Positions 38,618-53,000 of a stretch of DNA of 64,000 nt are shown piece by piece; positions within the stretch are counted from its first letter, which is position 1, and each line of letters opens with the position of its first letter. The position numbers and the translations under genes were made by a program. The stretch comes from Phallusia mammillata (Eukaryota): positions 3,410,001 to 3,474,000 of the forward strand of contig OZ281498.1 in assembly GCA_965637545.1 (NCBI GenBank). Direction: 5' to 3'. The notes below the pieces were generated by a model. It was not told where the DNA came from. It saw only the letters and a program-made list of their open reading frames with translations, and did not search any database.

Positions 38618-39509
38618 ACTTTAAATTGTAAAGTTATGTCTTATGAAAACTTGTTTCTATTTTTTTGTTGTGAAGAATAAACTGGGGGCATAAGTGATTT
38701 TGTTGCGGTATTGTACAACCCAAACAACATACAACCCAGAATAAGCAAAGGCAAGTGCATTTTATCAAGTCTGTACAACTTACAGTGGGAACCATAGTAC
38801 ATGTTTGCTTCATCAGGCATTTTAAACCATAAACACAACTTTTGTTTCACTAAAAAAAGAAGCGAAGTGTTTTTCTTACAAGGCAAGATAAAATTTTAGT
38901 GCCACCCAATTGTGCCTGAGCTTGTTCTAATGTGCATTGCTTTGAAATCTTCACATACACTGGGAACAGACTTGTATTTATGATGTGAAAGCACATAAAA
39001 ATCCTAAAACAATGTACTGTCAGCAAAAGTTTGTGTATCATTCAGGATTTTGCTTTAGTAGGCAAAATGGCCTCTAAAAAACACTACACTGAAGATGCAT
39101 TGAAGTAGGAAACTAATCTCTTTACATAACATGAAAATTAAAGCACAGCACATCACATAGTACATAAAATATGCAATACATGTATTACCCAAATTATGCC
39201 AAAACAACTACGACACCTATTAAAAAGCTCTCTGTTAAAAAAGTTGAAACTTGATAAAATGGTGGTAAACATGGCATGAAATGCTTGTGTACAGAATAAG
39301 GCAAGAATCGTTAGAAAAACTTTTGGCATATAATTTAAAGCATACAAGATGTAGTAAATTTAAATATTGTGTACACAAAAATGCAGCAAATTTATGGGCT
39401 TACATACAAATATAAAAACGATTTAAAACACTTCGGGCAATCATAATATCGACAGGGATAATACATAAAGCCAATTGCACATTTAATTCAGAGTTGGCTT
39501 TTGAATAAA

Positions 39510-40534
39510 TCAACCAAAACAACACGATGTTCCAACTGATTTTGTGTTATTACTTATATTAAATCCTTGATCATCCTTTGAATCAGCTAAATCTTTGACA
39601 TTACTTTGTTGCTTTAACAGTTCTGTTGCCATTTTGATGAAGGCATCATTTACATTTGTGTTTTCCTTGGCTGATGTTTCCAAATACTCCAGAACTTCAA
39701 ATGACTTGCCTTGAGCTGATGCAACTTCATGGCTGACCTTCCTTCTGTCAATCATGTCACATTTGTTTCCTAAATACACAACACAAAACCCAATTTCCAT
39801 CAGCCTTATTTAGGTAAATTTGTGGTTAATAAAAGTTGCAGGTTTATAAAGGTTTGTCTTGACAGAACAAAAATACACATACCAACAAGCAGTTTCACCA
39901 CGTTTGTTGAGCAAAATCGGGAAACATCATCCATCCATTCCACTGTACTGTCAAATGTGCTTTCTTTCGTTAAATCAAAAGTGCATATGACGCCATGTGC
40001 ACTTCGGTAGTATGCTTGAGTAATGGTTCGAAAGCGTTCTTGTCCAGCAGTATCCCATACCTAGAAAACATGAATAGGCAGATTCAATAACCTGTTAGAC
40101 ATACAAAACAAAAAAAGGCAAATTTTATTTCTTAAATGAAAAACATGAAGCATTGTTGCAATTTTTGCACAGCATAATGTATAACATACAAATTATTATA
40201 TTAGTGTTACAGATTAACTTTGGTATTGAGAAAATTTCAAAATAACTTTGTAAAATTCAAAATAATTGATTCATGTTCACAAAAATCTAAACATTTGAGA
40301 AGTGGTTACTTTAAAATGTGTGTAATGTACTGTGTCAGGCCCACAAAAACGTACCTGCAATTTAATTTGTTTTCCATTAATTTCGCAAGTTTTAAGACAA
40401 AAGTCCACGCCAATGGTGCTTGCTTGTGACTCAAACCAGGAACCAGTCTTGAACCGTTGGACGATACAGGTTTTTCCTACACCCGCGTCTCCAATCAGTA
40501 TAATCTTAAACAGATAGTCACATTTGTCTTCCAT
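39510..40534 (-). CDS. RAB43: Rab GTPase, Rab43/Rab19 subfamily, 205 aa
   Basis: Exons 40534-40355, 40060-39883, 39769-39510; motifs [39 protein letters not shown] and C-terminal CCFG prenylation site. Assignment to Rab43 versus Rab19/Rab30 is from recalled similarity. Confidence 0.85.
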
Positions 40535-40864
40535 GGTGCCTATGCGCTTAATACAACAGATATGAACAGGTAAACATATATATTGAGTACTATTTATCAC
40601 GTGGCAGCGTACAACATGGAAGTGGGCACGTAATCTGAAACGACGAGTCTCCCAACTTCCAACCATCGCAATCAAACTGTCGTGTGGACTGCCTGCTGGT
40701 TACTAAAGGAAAAAAATACACGTCAACCGGGAAGTGTTGTCAAAATTTTCGAAAACATTTGTAATGGCTAGTTTTCATATCGTTTGCTTTGGTTAAAATT
40801 GTATTTAGGAACATTTCGCCGAAACCACAAACAACTTCAGGTGTGTCGACTTTTCCTCAAATTT

Positions 40865-40872
40865 TGACGTCA
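40865..40872. promoter_or_regulatory. Perfect CRE palindrome TGACGTCA in the CpG-rich upstream region of the Rab gene
   Basis: About 330 bp upstream of the Rab ATG; motif only, function untested. Confidence 0.3.
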
Positions 40873-41279
40873 TAAAGAAAAAAAAGTATCGAAACAGGGA
40901 AAATCCAAAAATAGAAATCATGTAGGCCTGATACAAATAATGAACAAATATATTTATTACTGTCAAAGACAGTATTTCTCAAACCGATGGCCGTGGCAAA
41001 GTAGTGTGCCGTGAGTGAGTCTGCCGCGAAATATTCCCTGATGTTTTAGGACTTCATCTAGAAATTTTTGTGTGCATGACAACGTTTTGAAACGTATAGT
41101 TGTTCGTAATGAAAAGCATCCTTACTCACCACACTGAAGTTTAAAAGTTCTGGGGGCTCGATTACAGTTCATTCTCTCACAAGCCAAAACTTTAATTTGA
41201 CAAAACTTTGCAAATGGATTGGTGGTGTTGGGGTTGGCATTATGAGGTTTTAATTAGTGATGCACCGAATCGGCTAAAC

Positions 41280-42168
41280 CAGCGGTTCCCAAACTGGGGT
41301 CCGCGGACCAAATGGGGTCCGTACAGCAGTTTTAGAGGGTTCGCAAGCAGAATTAGTCTTTAAAGCATGGGTGTGTAACATTTTTCGCCGGTGGGCCATA
41401 TAACCAATTTCGGACATCAAGCGAGGGCCATACAATTTTATTCATGTGTACGATAAATTTGAAATTCTTCCAAAGCAACAATAAGTTACATGCTTTCACA
41501 ACAAATTAATTGTTTATTAGACAAAGGGAATTAATACGTCACATTCGGTTTAGTACTTGAAAACTGGTTGGAAAACGCTGGTTTAGCTCATACTATAGTT
41601 ATGTATAGTATAGTAACTTTGGAGATTTACCAAAAACTAGTGAAAAATTCTGCTGAATTCTCAGAACAATTGCATTTTTCTCTGAATCAGTGTGTTGGTG
41701 AGGGCCACATTAAATAGCTAGGCGGGCCGCCTGTTGCACACCCCTGCTTTAGTTTCAAGGGTACGCAATGTTTCTCAAGTGTAATGCTTGCTTTATATTG
41801 GTCTTTAGTTAGCGAATGTTTTCAACATTATACCTGTACTGTTATGCTATGCTAAAAAAAAATATTAAAAAGTTATGAAATATATTAGGCTTTAGCGAAA
41901 TACCGAAACCGACTGTCTGTTGTACACGACATGAGAGTTGCGCAATTCTAAACCAAAACCAAACATTGATGAGTAATTTGCAGCAAAACCAGTGCACCCA
42001 TCTCATTTAACGTCTACCGTATTTGATAGTTTTTTTTCTTTTTCTTTCATTGGTGTGGTTTTTGTATTTTTCCTAGAGCATTCTTTGGTTTTTATAGGGC
42101 CGCGACATAACAAAATAATTGCAAAGGGTCCACCAGGCAAAGTTTTTTGAAAAGTTTGGGAACCGCTG
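41280..42168. mobile_element. hAT MITE (Buster-type) nested in the Ac-type element
   Basis: Perfect 16-bp TIR CAGCGGTTCCCAAACT; perfect TSD GGCTAAAC (41272-41279, 42169-42176). Confidence 0.9.
41366..41746. mobile_element. hAT MITE (Buster-type) nested in the 41280-42168 element
   Basis: TIR CATGGGTGTGTAAC / CAGGGGTGTGCAAC (12/14); left TSD CTTTAAAG, right CTTTAgtt (partial). Confidence 0.7.
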
Positions 42169-45100
42169 GGCTAAACAAAGTTTCGCCCGACACCGAATGT
42201 TTGGCAGTTGTTGTCGAATACATTAATCTAGTCTGTTCTTTACACAACTTGTAAGCTATGCTTTCGACAAAATCACATGAGCGGTTTGCCTCGGCCGTCG
42301 GTGCTTGCCTACGAATGAATTACTGATCGTTTGTGTGGAATGGACAAAACATTATTATTTGTAAAATGATTCTCGTTGACGCGATGTTTGTAGCGTGCGA
42401 CTCAGCATTTCGATTGAGTCGTCTCAATTTGTTCGACAAACCTGTCGAATAATCGGTTTTCGGTCCGTCGGTGCATGACTAGTTCTTAATATTTCGACAT
42501 AGTTGCGTTTTATGAAATACATTTTTTTCGTGTAATATTCATAAAGAAGGTACACAATTTGTCTCATTTTTTCATTGCTACTTATTGTCCAGCTAAAAGA
42601 TAACAAACGGTGAATAACATACGTTGCAGGCCAGTGGTTCTAATTTTTTTCATAGTTAATGCTAAATGTATATATCACAAAAGCTTGATTTGACAGACAG
42701 AAGTTAGCATGCCAAATTACGTAGCCTGTGGTATTAAATCTTTTGTTTTTCTTTTTTATGTTGTAAAACTTTCAGGTTCAGTCGTCACTATGTTTTTTGC
42801 TGCACCCTTCCTTCCGTCGCCGACAACTCTCCAACAGGGTTTCTTTTGGTGGTTTCTTTTCCTGTTGAACCCCACCCTCCCCCGCCAGTCTTGATGTCCC
42901 AATGCGCCAACCTCACCCTCTGATGTGAGTCCCTGCCACATAACGCTATTAGTAACGGTGTAGCTGCAGCGCGTTTATCATCGTTCCACCAATTGTGCTC
43001 TTACCTTTGTCGCACTTTATAACGTCCCGACGTTGCGCAGCTATTTCCGGCTTGGTGAATATTTTAGCGCAATTGTGCGGCTACGATTTGTATCACCGGC
43101 GAAATAAACTCAACTCAAATTGTGCAATATTCCAAGCTCTTGGGGATCCCACCAAAGTTTTTTTGCCGTCCCCAGAAGGACAGCTAAACCCAGATTGGTA
43201 ACTGCTAGTATTACCAATGCATTTTTGTCCATAATGTTATTTGGTCGGCCCCATACACATATTCCTAATGAGGCCTCCACAGGAATTAGAAATCAACGAC
43301 TTGCCAGACTTTCCGGCGGTGTTTTAACACGGAGTGGCGCCAATCACATCTGCAAGGCCCTATCCAGTTTCGCTTTACTTCGCTGCCAGTCGCCGTTTGT
43401 ACACGGGACAGGGGAGTAATCTTTTTCATTGCGGGTTAAAACCGGCTGCAACGAACCGTCGAACCTCAACGCAATGTTGCTGCTTTCCCACGAGGTCCGA
43501 TGCCCTCACGTGGGAGAGTGAATTCCTCTCCGAGTTATTTGACTTGTATCGATGCTCACTAGAGATATCGTTCAGTTAACACTTGGCCAATTGAGCTAAC
43601 CTGATGGTCAAAGGATTTGACCTCTAGGTGTGATCTTTAGCAGCGATAAACAATAGCTCAGATACTGAAAACGTGCCGTTGCCAGCGACGCGTGTTAAAC
43701 TATGGAAAAAACGTATGAAAGTTTTTTAACTATTGTTTGTATCCTAAAGTTGACACGGCATTCTGCTTCACTTCAGTGAATTTTAGATCGGCCCGCCGCA
43801 CGAGACAGTTTAGTATGTAGCGGCCGAAACACAATTACACACTGTTCTTTTTTTTATATATATTGACTTTTTTGCGTAATTTTAGCTACATGAATTGACA
43901 CCATGTCATTTAACAATATCTTGATTTAACCAAACTGACACAGCATGCGAGGGATTTGAACAGAACACTTTCGAATCTCGAGGGGGCGCTGTTTCCTCGC
44001 ACTTGCGCAATTTTGCTGATGGAAGTAAACAGCGGTTTCCTTTGAGAATTAAAAAACATTGGAACCCGAATCTTGTGCGACCGCAATATTTTTTTCATTG
44101 ACTTCCCTAAGGGGCAAACATTCGATAAGATTGACCAATAATAACTTTCGAATTTAGCGCAATGACGCACGCTTACCTCCCAAGTGTTCCGCTCTAACAC
44201 AAGTCACTTGCCGAAAGTGCAAACTCCATTGACCCTTTGTAGTGTTTTTGTGGGGCGGAAAAACAAATGATGTGCCAACTGTCTTACGCAATGAGCCCAC
44301 TTATTTAAAAGGTGTTTTTTACATAACGAACATAACAGGATGAGAGCATGTTGGATGTTTGTTCAAAAGCAGGCATGCAATTCAACTTCGATCGGAAAAT
44401 TTTGCAAGAAGACAGCGATTTTTATTTTGGGTAAAATATTGTAAAACTTGATACGGCAAGGATTTACAGAAATAAGTTCTTGATTCATCGAAACGTTTTT
44501 TGCAAACTGATCAGTATTATTTGTCCACTTTAACTAAGCTACTTACTGTCCTGCTGAACAAATGTTTTGTTAACACGCGCTGCGGGATAGTTGCCGCGAA
44601 GGCCAAGAAAAAGACATTCCATTGGCCCTAAGGCGTTTATCACTTATCAAATAGATTACTGGAGGGTCGCGTTGGGAGCGAATCTATTTGTTTAGACGAG
44701 CACGCCTTCTTCTCTTTGAAGTTGTTGCTGGCTTAGAGAAATTTCAAAGTCAGCGGGTTGGCCTCGGTCCCTCGACCGGCCACTTAGTCCAACTGCTCAT
44801 GAACAGAGGGGACAACCTTCGTTTATTGCAGGCTCGTGTATATTTAATTCTAGAGTCCAGGTAATAAAAAATATTGTTAGGCAAACATATGTGAGATACG
44901 AGACACAGCTTGATTGCGTTCGCAGAGTAGATTCGTGCCGCGATTTTGAATGGCAAGAACGAAGTTGTTTTCTCCTCACTTAAAATTTTATTTTTTTATC
45001 ATAAGAATGAGTTTTCTGTGACGATGACCTGTTTGCCTGTCTGTGAATCATTGTTTTGTGCGTAAATTTTCGTTCCGGGGGCTACAGTGATAGAGCAACA

Positions 45101-48100
45101 GTGCAACACCAAGAGATTACATCGCCAAAGCTTTTTGTTACGTTCACGTCGGTTTGTCAGGTTAATACAAGTTCCGTAATTAGGTTGGAGACCGTGCACT
45201 TCAGCTTCTTAGCAGCTGAATTGCCTGCAACTAGTAATTATATGTGGACCGAACGTCTCATTAACTTACTGGTTCGGCGTAAATGCTCTCTACCGGTTTA
45301 ACAGTTCGCTATCATGTAATTGTATGTCAGGCCCTTTTCCGTAACTGAAAGATCGACGAACTCGGGTATGTTTGATTTGCTGCTGTTTGGACATGGTTCT
45401 GCTGGGCTGTTGTCGGTTTATGTGCCCTTGTTTAACAAGACAGGAGTCACGGGGTACAGGAAACTCGTGTTATCCTGTACTGTACACGAATATACTTGAC
45501 TTGTTTCAATATTACCATGACCGAAATAGTAAATACGTTGGACACTTAGCTTTGTATGACTCTGAACGTGAACATTGTGGCATTGACACAAGTGGATGGA
45601 ATGTTAGTAACAGGTTCAGGTGGAAACAATTCGTGTATACTTTAAAGTTTGTGGCAAGTTGGCCATCCTTTGCACAAATTAGTTGTAAAGGGAACTCACG
45701 GGACAGGCAGAAATATCAGACAGTATGAGGAAGTCGGCTCAGGTTCACAGCCCGAAACGTTCCACAGTTGATGAAGCGCGTCGTGGAACGTTTGTCGATA
45801 CGGGCTAGTCGTTATTGCACCACCGCAGGTTAACGACAAGCATGCATCCCTTATCGCTAGTTATCGCATGCCCAAACCGTGAGATTTTGGCAGAAACTGG
45901 AATTTAATCGACGGCTTTAGGATGTAAAGTGAAACGGTACGTTAAATACAGGCATTGCGCCATTGTTGCAGTTGTTTTTGTGTATTAGTGGAAAGTCATG
46001 TCGTGATGTGTTATATTTAGTTTGAACGGTATAAACTTGACTGTAAGTTAAATTTGGAGTTTGATACCTCGTAAGACAACCTTTACGTAAAGTCACTGAA
46101 GTAATTTTGATAATAATCACTTTTATGCAGCCAACAGCCAAATGTTTGCATGTCAAAATAAAAACCGAAATGTGCAATAAGTCATTGCCGGCTTTGTAGG
46201 TTTCTAACGCTTAGTGGCGATTGGCGAATCGTTGAACGATGATGATGTCAAGTACGCGTTGGCCTTGTGTGGGCGAATGACACATATGACGTCATCTCAT
46301 CCAAGCGTTGTCGTTGACAAAAGAGGCGCGCGTCAAATCAAGAACAAGCAACAGATTTTGCCCAACTTCTGTGTTGTTGTACCTGTAATTATGGGGTTTC
46401 CGGCTGCTGTAACTTTGACGCGTTTTGTCTTTTTGTTGTCAAACATTGGGTTGAATAGGCGCGGGTAGAATGTAACGTTTGTGATGGAAAGTGAAACTGT
46501 AGGTGCTTCTGATTGTGGTTAGGATTTGCTTACAAATGATTCTAAGGCAAAACAATTGTGTCATATGGTTGTTTATTTATATTTCGCCGTAAAATTTTAT
46601 TTTCCACAAGGCCAATAATGGTTTATTTTTTGTGTCAGAGATAGTTTTTCGTTTTGTTGTCGTTTGCCATCTGCCGTGATCCCCAAAGGAAATGTGGGTT
46701 GAATTTGAATGGACGTTGGATTTCGGCGACTAGCGAATTGGCAGATTCCGTGGATTAATTATTTATATCTGTCGGTTTAATTTTTCTGCGCCACAGCGTC
46801 AATGATTAGAAACCAGATGCTTTTATACTTGAAACAGAAGGTTTGTGTACTAACAGGGGGGCGAAGGTTCGGCAGATAACAAATACGATTGCAGTCGGGT
46901 GAGGAACTGCGTTAGAGACAGAAGGGTAGCATTTGTAACAAAGATTACAGAGTTAAATACACGATGATCGAGATAAAGGAGATTGAGAAAAGCAACTTTT
47001 GTTGTCTGAATACGCATCATATTTACTTTTGGCAGTGGCAAACTAACCTTTCTCTTTGAAGAGCACCGATCGGCACAGTACATTCATTTGCCTATAACAT
47101 GTCAGTGGCAAATGTTGGCAACTGCTCTAACAAGGCCGTCAACCCTTCGGGCAAAGATGCGATCGATAGGTTCGTGGTCGTTCGGTAGTCTCTATCCCAC
47201 CCCTAGGTTACAGGCAATCCGTTGATCCGCCGTCAGTGTTATAGTTTCCATAATTTTCTGCTGCGCGGGCGCCGAACTTCTGATAATAACGGTAATAAGG
47301 ACAGAGGGCTCGTGGTTGGCACGTTGAAACACGAACCGCGTGTCAAGAGCAGCTTTAACCCTAAACACCGTCCGCTTCATTTTGAGCTACACAGTAATTT
47401 TCCACACCTTGCAACAATATACGTATTGAGTGCATTTGAAACGGCTAGGAACCTAAGATCGAATGCGTTTCACTTACAATTAACTGTAAGTATAATTACA
47501 TGTTTTCACGACCACATTTTGTCATTCGGCATAAACAAAACTTTGTCTTTACCGTTGATATTAAATCAGGTGCAAATTAGGTGTAAATCGTTTTCTTGAC
47601 TAAAACTATTCAATCGCTTGTCAATTTTGAAACAAAACATTATCATGTGGTTCATTGATAATATCACAGGGTTAATCTTTAACGGGTGACGTCATACCGA
47701 TCCCGCATAACACAACATACATTGCGTTATGCCAACGGCAAAGCGCGCCCAATGGCACCCGGTAATTTTCCTCTCTGCCGTGGATGTCCAAATTTAAAAC
47801 AGCTACACACAGCTCCAATGACGTGTATTTCGCTCGCGGTGAGAAACTTGTTCACACACAAAAGCATTAAGAGCCTCTTTGGTCAGACCCGAGCGGAACT
47901 CATGTAAATGATCGACGGTTGCGCTTAGGTTATGGCGCCATGAAGTTAACAACAAAAAGAGATTAAAGCCTTGGTGATTATATATGTATGTCAACCGCAA
48001 TTGCAACTGTCAAGTTAACCTACTAGTACTACTACAGAACTGCCAATTCGCGCCTTGTTGCAGATAGGTAGGTCTGTATATGAGTAGCCTAGACCCTAGA

Positions 48101-50062
48101 TCACTAGACCATTGTTGATGTTCGAATTTATAACAGTTAACAATAGGTTTAGAAACCACATGTGGCGTATAAGGAGTAAGAACCAACCAAATGCTTGAGT
48201 TAGTCGATTTGAGCACACTGTTTTTTTGGTTAAGTTTGAATGGATAGTAGGATACATAGCCTACGTTCTAAGTAAGGTATTTTGTTCCGCTGACAGGGTG
48301 TTCGCCGAAGTAGCATGTCAGCGATCATAGGTCGTAGCTGTTGACTGACTTTTCAACTTTATTACCTCGAACGACCTAGTCTGTGACACTTTACTTAAAT
48401 TATGACACTGTCATAAAATGACAAAGATCAGGATGGCAAGATCGCAGTTGTGAGGGTTCAAAGATTGACTTTTTCAGGTTAAGCAAAAGTAGAAACATTT
48501 CTTTTGGGTTTGTACTCTACTGTGACAACAATTAGCTTTATTTGACAGAAAATCTGTAATTCGTATTTTTCTAAAAACGAAATCGCTTCCTCTAAATTGG
48601 ATACACTTGACTGTGCTTTTTAATTCGGTATTAGCAATACGAGTGTGGTTTAGTCGTCAACAAATCCGATTGTGATGTTTACGCTAAGGACGACCTAATT
48701 GGCCTAGTTTTAGAGAAGGAAGGTCGACTCTGCTTCTTATGCCAATCAGATCAGCTACAATCTTCCAATTTTATGTCCAATTAACTTCTGCCTGTTAAAT
48801 TGATTTTCGTTTCCCCAGCGCATTTAAAATTGTGACAACAGATTGTTTTATTCGGTGGTCATCGACATGTGCTAACTTTAGTAAACCGAAAAAGGTCAAG
48901 GTTTCAAAATTTTAAATCAAAATTGAAATCAATAGCTGGTTGACTTTTTACCCAGCCAAAAACTCTGTGCCGAGGAGAAATGCACTTTTTCCAGGGTCCA
49001 AGTATCATATGTAGACTAAGCCAAGTTACCACATACAACATTCGGTAGTGTCACTATGTTGATGTTTTCACATAAATTTGAATTGTCGCGTCAAATCATC
49101 CACTAACAACAGAGTGGCGTTAGCTTCGCGTCGGCCTTTGTTTTGTAACTAAAACCAAAACTTGGATCACAAAGCCAAAATTCCTAGCGGTGCTTATGAA
49201 TGAACAAACATAACGTGAGATCTGGCTGTAATTTGAAGCGAACAGATTCGAAAAAGCAACTGCAGGTGAATAGCTCCAATCTGCACTGATCCTGGCGTAT
49301 AAGCCACAGCAGAGCAGCGAGCACGGTCAGATAAATTGCTCTTTACACAGAGCTTTAGGTATGCCTTGGTTGCTTAAACTGTTTTTGTCTGTGAAGGGGT
49401 AAAGGTAAATAGTCGATTTGGAAGTAGACCTACTTTTGCGTGTTAACCGAGCATAAGTTAGGTCTGGACATTATTGTTTTTTGGACAAAAGTCCTTTGAC
49501 GCTGTGTCTGTTTCGGTTTAGCCATTTTTTCGATCGATATTGTCATAAAGTGTTCGAAATGATACTCCCGATCAGCTGTATCTGAGCAAGTGGCGCGACA
49601 ATGGGCCGCTGATTAAAACGCTTTTGTTTCCAGTGTGTTGAAGCACTTCCAGTGTTGCCGTTCCGCGCGGGCAACTCGAGCACCACGGTGTTCTTTCCTC
49701 GATGACACAGACCTAGTTCATTCGGCCGTTTACTTGGAGGGTTAGGTTGACTGTTTTTCGCACTTGTGTGCCAAGATTAATCGTTTGGGTTATACAAGCT
49801 CATGACTTGTTTGCCTAGAGCGCAGTGTCTTTCTCATTTCTGTTTATGTAAACAGACAATTTACACCAGTCTTTAGAAGAATGGACGTGCTTAGCCCTTG
49901 TATACAAGTTATCTTAAAAAAATGTATTGTGCATAACGTATTTAATTCCAAGTTTTATTGTCTGTTTTAGACTTTGCTGATTGTTAGTGTTCAGTTTACA
50001 CCAAATACATGTAGTGGTTTTGTGTTGCTGTTTGTTTTACACAAATAATCATAAGGTTTAAG

Positions 50063-53000
50063 ATGACGGCTGTGGAATGTACACCAAACATCAGCTATGG
50101 AAAAACACCAACTCGCATGATGAATCGAAGTTCGGATTATTCCCGTGGAAACGTCATTCACAAACAAAGTATGTTTTTATGTTTGTGTTACACTTTGTGG
50201 TTGCCTTTTTGTTTTAATTTGCGACTATTCTTGCGTGTGTATCAAATTATCTCATGTCAACATTGTGTTATTACAGACCCCGAAAGTAGAAGAAAAACAG
50301 CAGCTGAGCGACTTGAGGCAGACAAGCTAAAATATGTTAAAAGCTCAAAAGCAAGACAACGAAGGTTTACATTAGGTATGATTTGTAAATGACTATTCCA
50401 TGAAACTTAACACATGAACAACAAAACATTACAATGTAATTCTTATCACAGAGTTACATAGCACATCACCTCACAATGACAGTACTGGAACACATTCAAT
50501 GGGGACTGCCTCTACAGGGTCACCTATCAATATGGATGAAGATGATGTCAGTGATTATACTGGATGTGATGTTACTAATGACATATCGAAGGATAGCATC
50601 CATAGGTCACATAGCAATGGGACATTTTACAGTGGTATTCATGCAGTTCACAAGACAGTGGTCCGGTCTTCAACAGACAATGACTTTTCCAATAGACTGA
50701 AAGTTTTATCTACTCCTACTCAAAGTCCTAAAGTTAGTGTATCCAGTCATGCTGGTGGAACTGTGGACAATCAGGCAAGGAACAAACCAAACAGTCGCAA
50801 AGATTTGTCTCAGGGGCAATTCCAAGAACCTGTGCCTAGTTCTTCACCAAAAGATAGTCGGCGGGGCAAATCATTGTCCAACTACTTAAACAAGGCAAAA
50901 GAGGGTATAAAAGCAGTCACTTCAACAATTGCTGGAGCAACATCCAATGAAGAAACTGATTCTAGGTCGAGACAATCACGATCAGCCACTTCTAGCAAGT
51001 CGAGCAAAGTACGCTCTGCTAGTGTTGGTGCCAGTGTATACAGAACCAGGGAACATGCACCAAATCGAGGTACAGATCCACAAAAACTGAATGTCAACAA
51101 AACTGTATCTGACAACCCTGTTATGAGCCCAAGGTCCCAGTTAAAACATGCCAGACAAAATCTGAAAAAGGTAAACAGCATGCCAAAATACAGCACAAAA
51201 AATTTCACAACAAAGACTGCTGTTCAAGACGAGAATCGGACTACTTTTTTGTCACCATCTGCCAGACCAAAGTCAAACACATTTACTGTTATACCAAATC
51301 AAACAAAATCTGAAAGAGAAAAAGACTTGAATCGACACTCTGACAATGTTCAAGATTCTAAACAAAACACTTCTTATGAAAAGCCAACGCCATCAAACAA
51401 ACCAGCACATTTAAAAACACGACCTTTGTCTGTGATAGAGAACAGGGATACTCGCAACAGTTTGGTATACAATATCCATAGCTCAGTAAAATCAGATTAC
51501 GAAGGACGAGGAGTTGTACGAAGAAGAAGTTCATCAACTAAAGATGAAGATCAAGATGAAGGTGATTTTTGATGTACTAAAATATTTTGGAGTGAAAAGA
51601 TTTAAAATATAGTTGAGCTATTAACTTTTAACAAATACATCATAGTGTTTTGGAATCGTTAACCAGAGGTTGTTTAATAAAAGTTTTAATTTAGGTATTT
51701 TGTTCTAAAGATGCATGTTATATATACCTGGTGAAACTCAGTTATGTTTTTACCACTCTTTAAAATAGGCAATGATGTGGATCTGTCATCACCTACCCAA
51801 AAGCGAACAGGCATTCGTAGAGTTTCCTCCCAGCGTTTTAAACGACGTTCATGGGACCTTGCTCACACAATGGATACAAGTTTGCAACTTGCAATGGTTA
51901 GTTTAGTGCCATTTACAGCTACAAAGTCAATCATTAACATGGGCCAATTTAGTATAGTTGTGACTAGTCACTTAAGTTTGACAAAGAATTGATATGTTTG
52001 TACTGGCTGTTTGTAGGACAAGCAGAATGCTCCCACTTCATTAACTCCAGATCCTGATATGGTTTTGGCTTCACCCTTCAGCAACCTGCCAAAACAGAGA
52101 AAGTCATGGAGCAGAGTGCCTCCAACTACTGATAACAGAAGGTTACAAAGCAGCAGAACCTCTTATCATGAAGGTAGAGTATGATGTGATGTCAGAACTA
52201 CCAAACAATATTTAAATTGTAAAGTTTAAGATGTGTTTTCTGGAATGAAATATTTGGCTCGCCAATAGACTACCGAATCAATGATAACGGTGAAAATTAG
52301 AAAAATACTGTTTTTTTTTGTTTTAATACCACTTGACTGTTTAATTTTTTGGTAACTTGATGATGGTAGTCAGGGAAAATATATATTCTTTCAGCTTTAA
52401 TATGAGCTAATTATGATTAAAATCAGTACATAGTTGTCTAAAACTGATTTGCTTTCAATAGAAATGAACAAACCTGGTGCACGAAAAAGCATTACTGAAG
52501 CATTGGAGGAAATATTCAATCCCCTTGAGCAAGATGAAGGTATTACCCTGAACAATACGTCTCCTGATGCCACCGCTGAGGCAAATACGTTGGTTGGACA
52601 AGAAACAAACAATACCTCACATACTGAAAACTCAGTAGCTGACAACATCAATAACTTGCTACGAGGAGCTGATGCAATTGGAGAAATGGAATATGAAAAT
52701 TTGTCACGATCTAAAACACCAGAAAGTTCTCGATCCAAGACACCGACTGGCGATCAAAATATGGATTGTTTTGGTGGAAATGATGTTGACATTGGTTTAG
52801 GAAACGTGAAATACTACACAACATCATCATCTCATGCAAGGTCAAAGAGCTCTGCAAATTCCTCACCAGACTCGTTGCACCGAAGGCACAGTAGCTACAG
52901 GGAGGATGGTCACAAAATCCATGACCACAAATACTCAGAATCAAGGCAATGGACTAATTACACTGAAAATCAGGGCACAGCATCACAGCCGTTAAACAGA

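Larger units (their letters stand above)
41255..42481. mobile_element. hAT (Ac-type) non-autonomous element hosting two nested MITEs
   Basis: TIR TAGTGATGCACCGA / TAGTCATGCACCGA (13/14); TSD GTTTTAAT / GTT(C)TTAAT fits the nTnnnnAn pattern. Confidence 0.7.
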
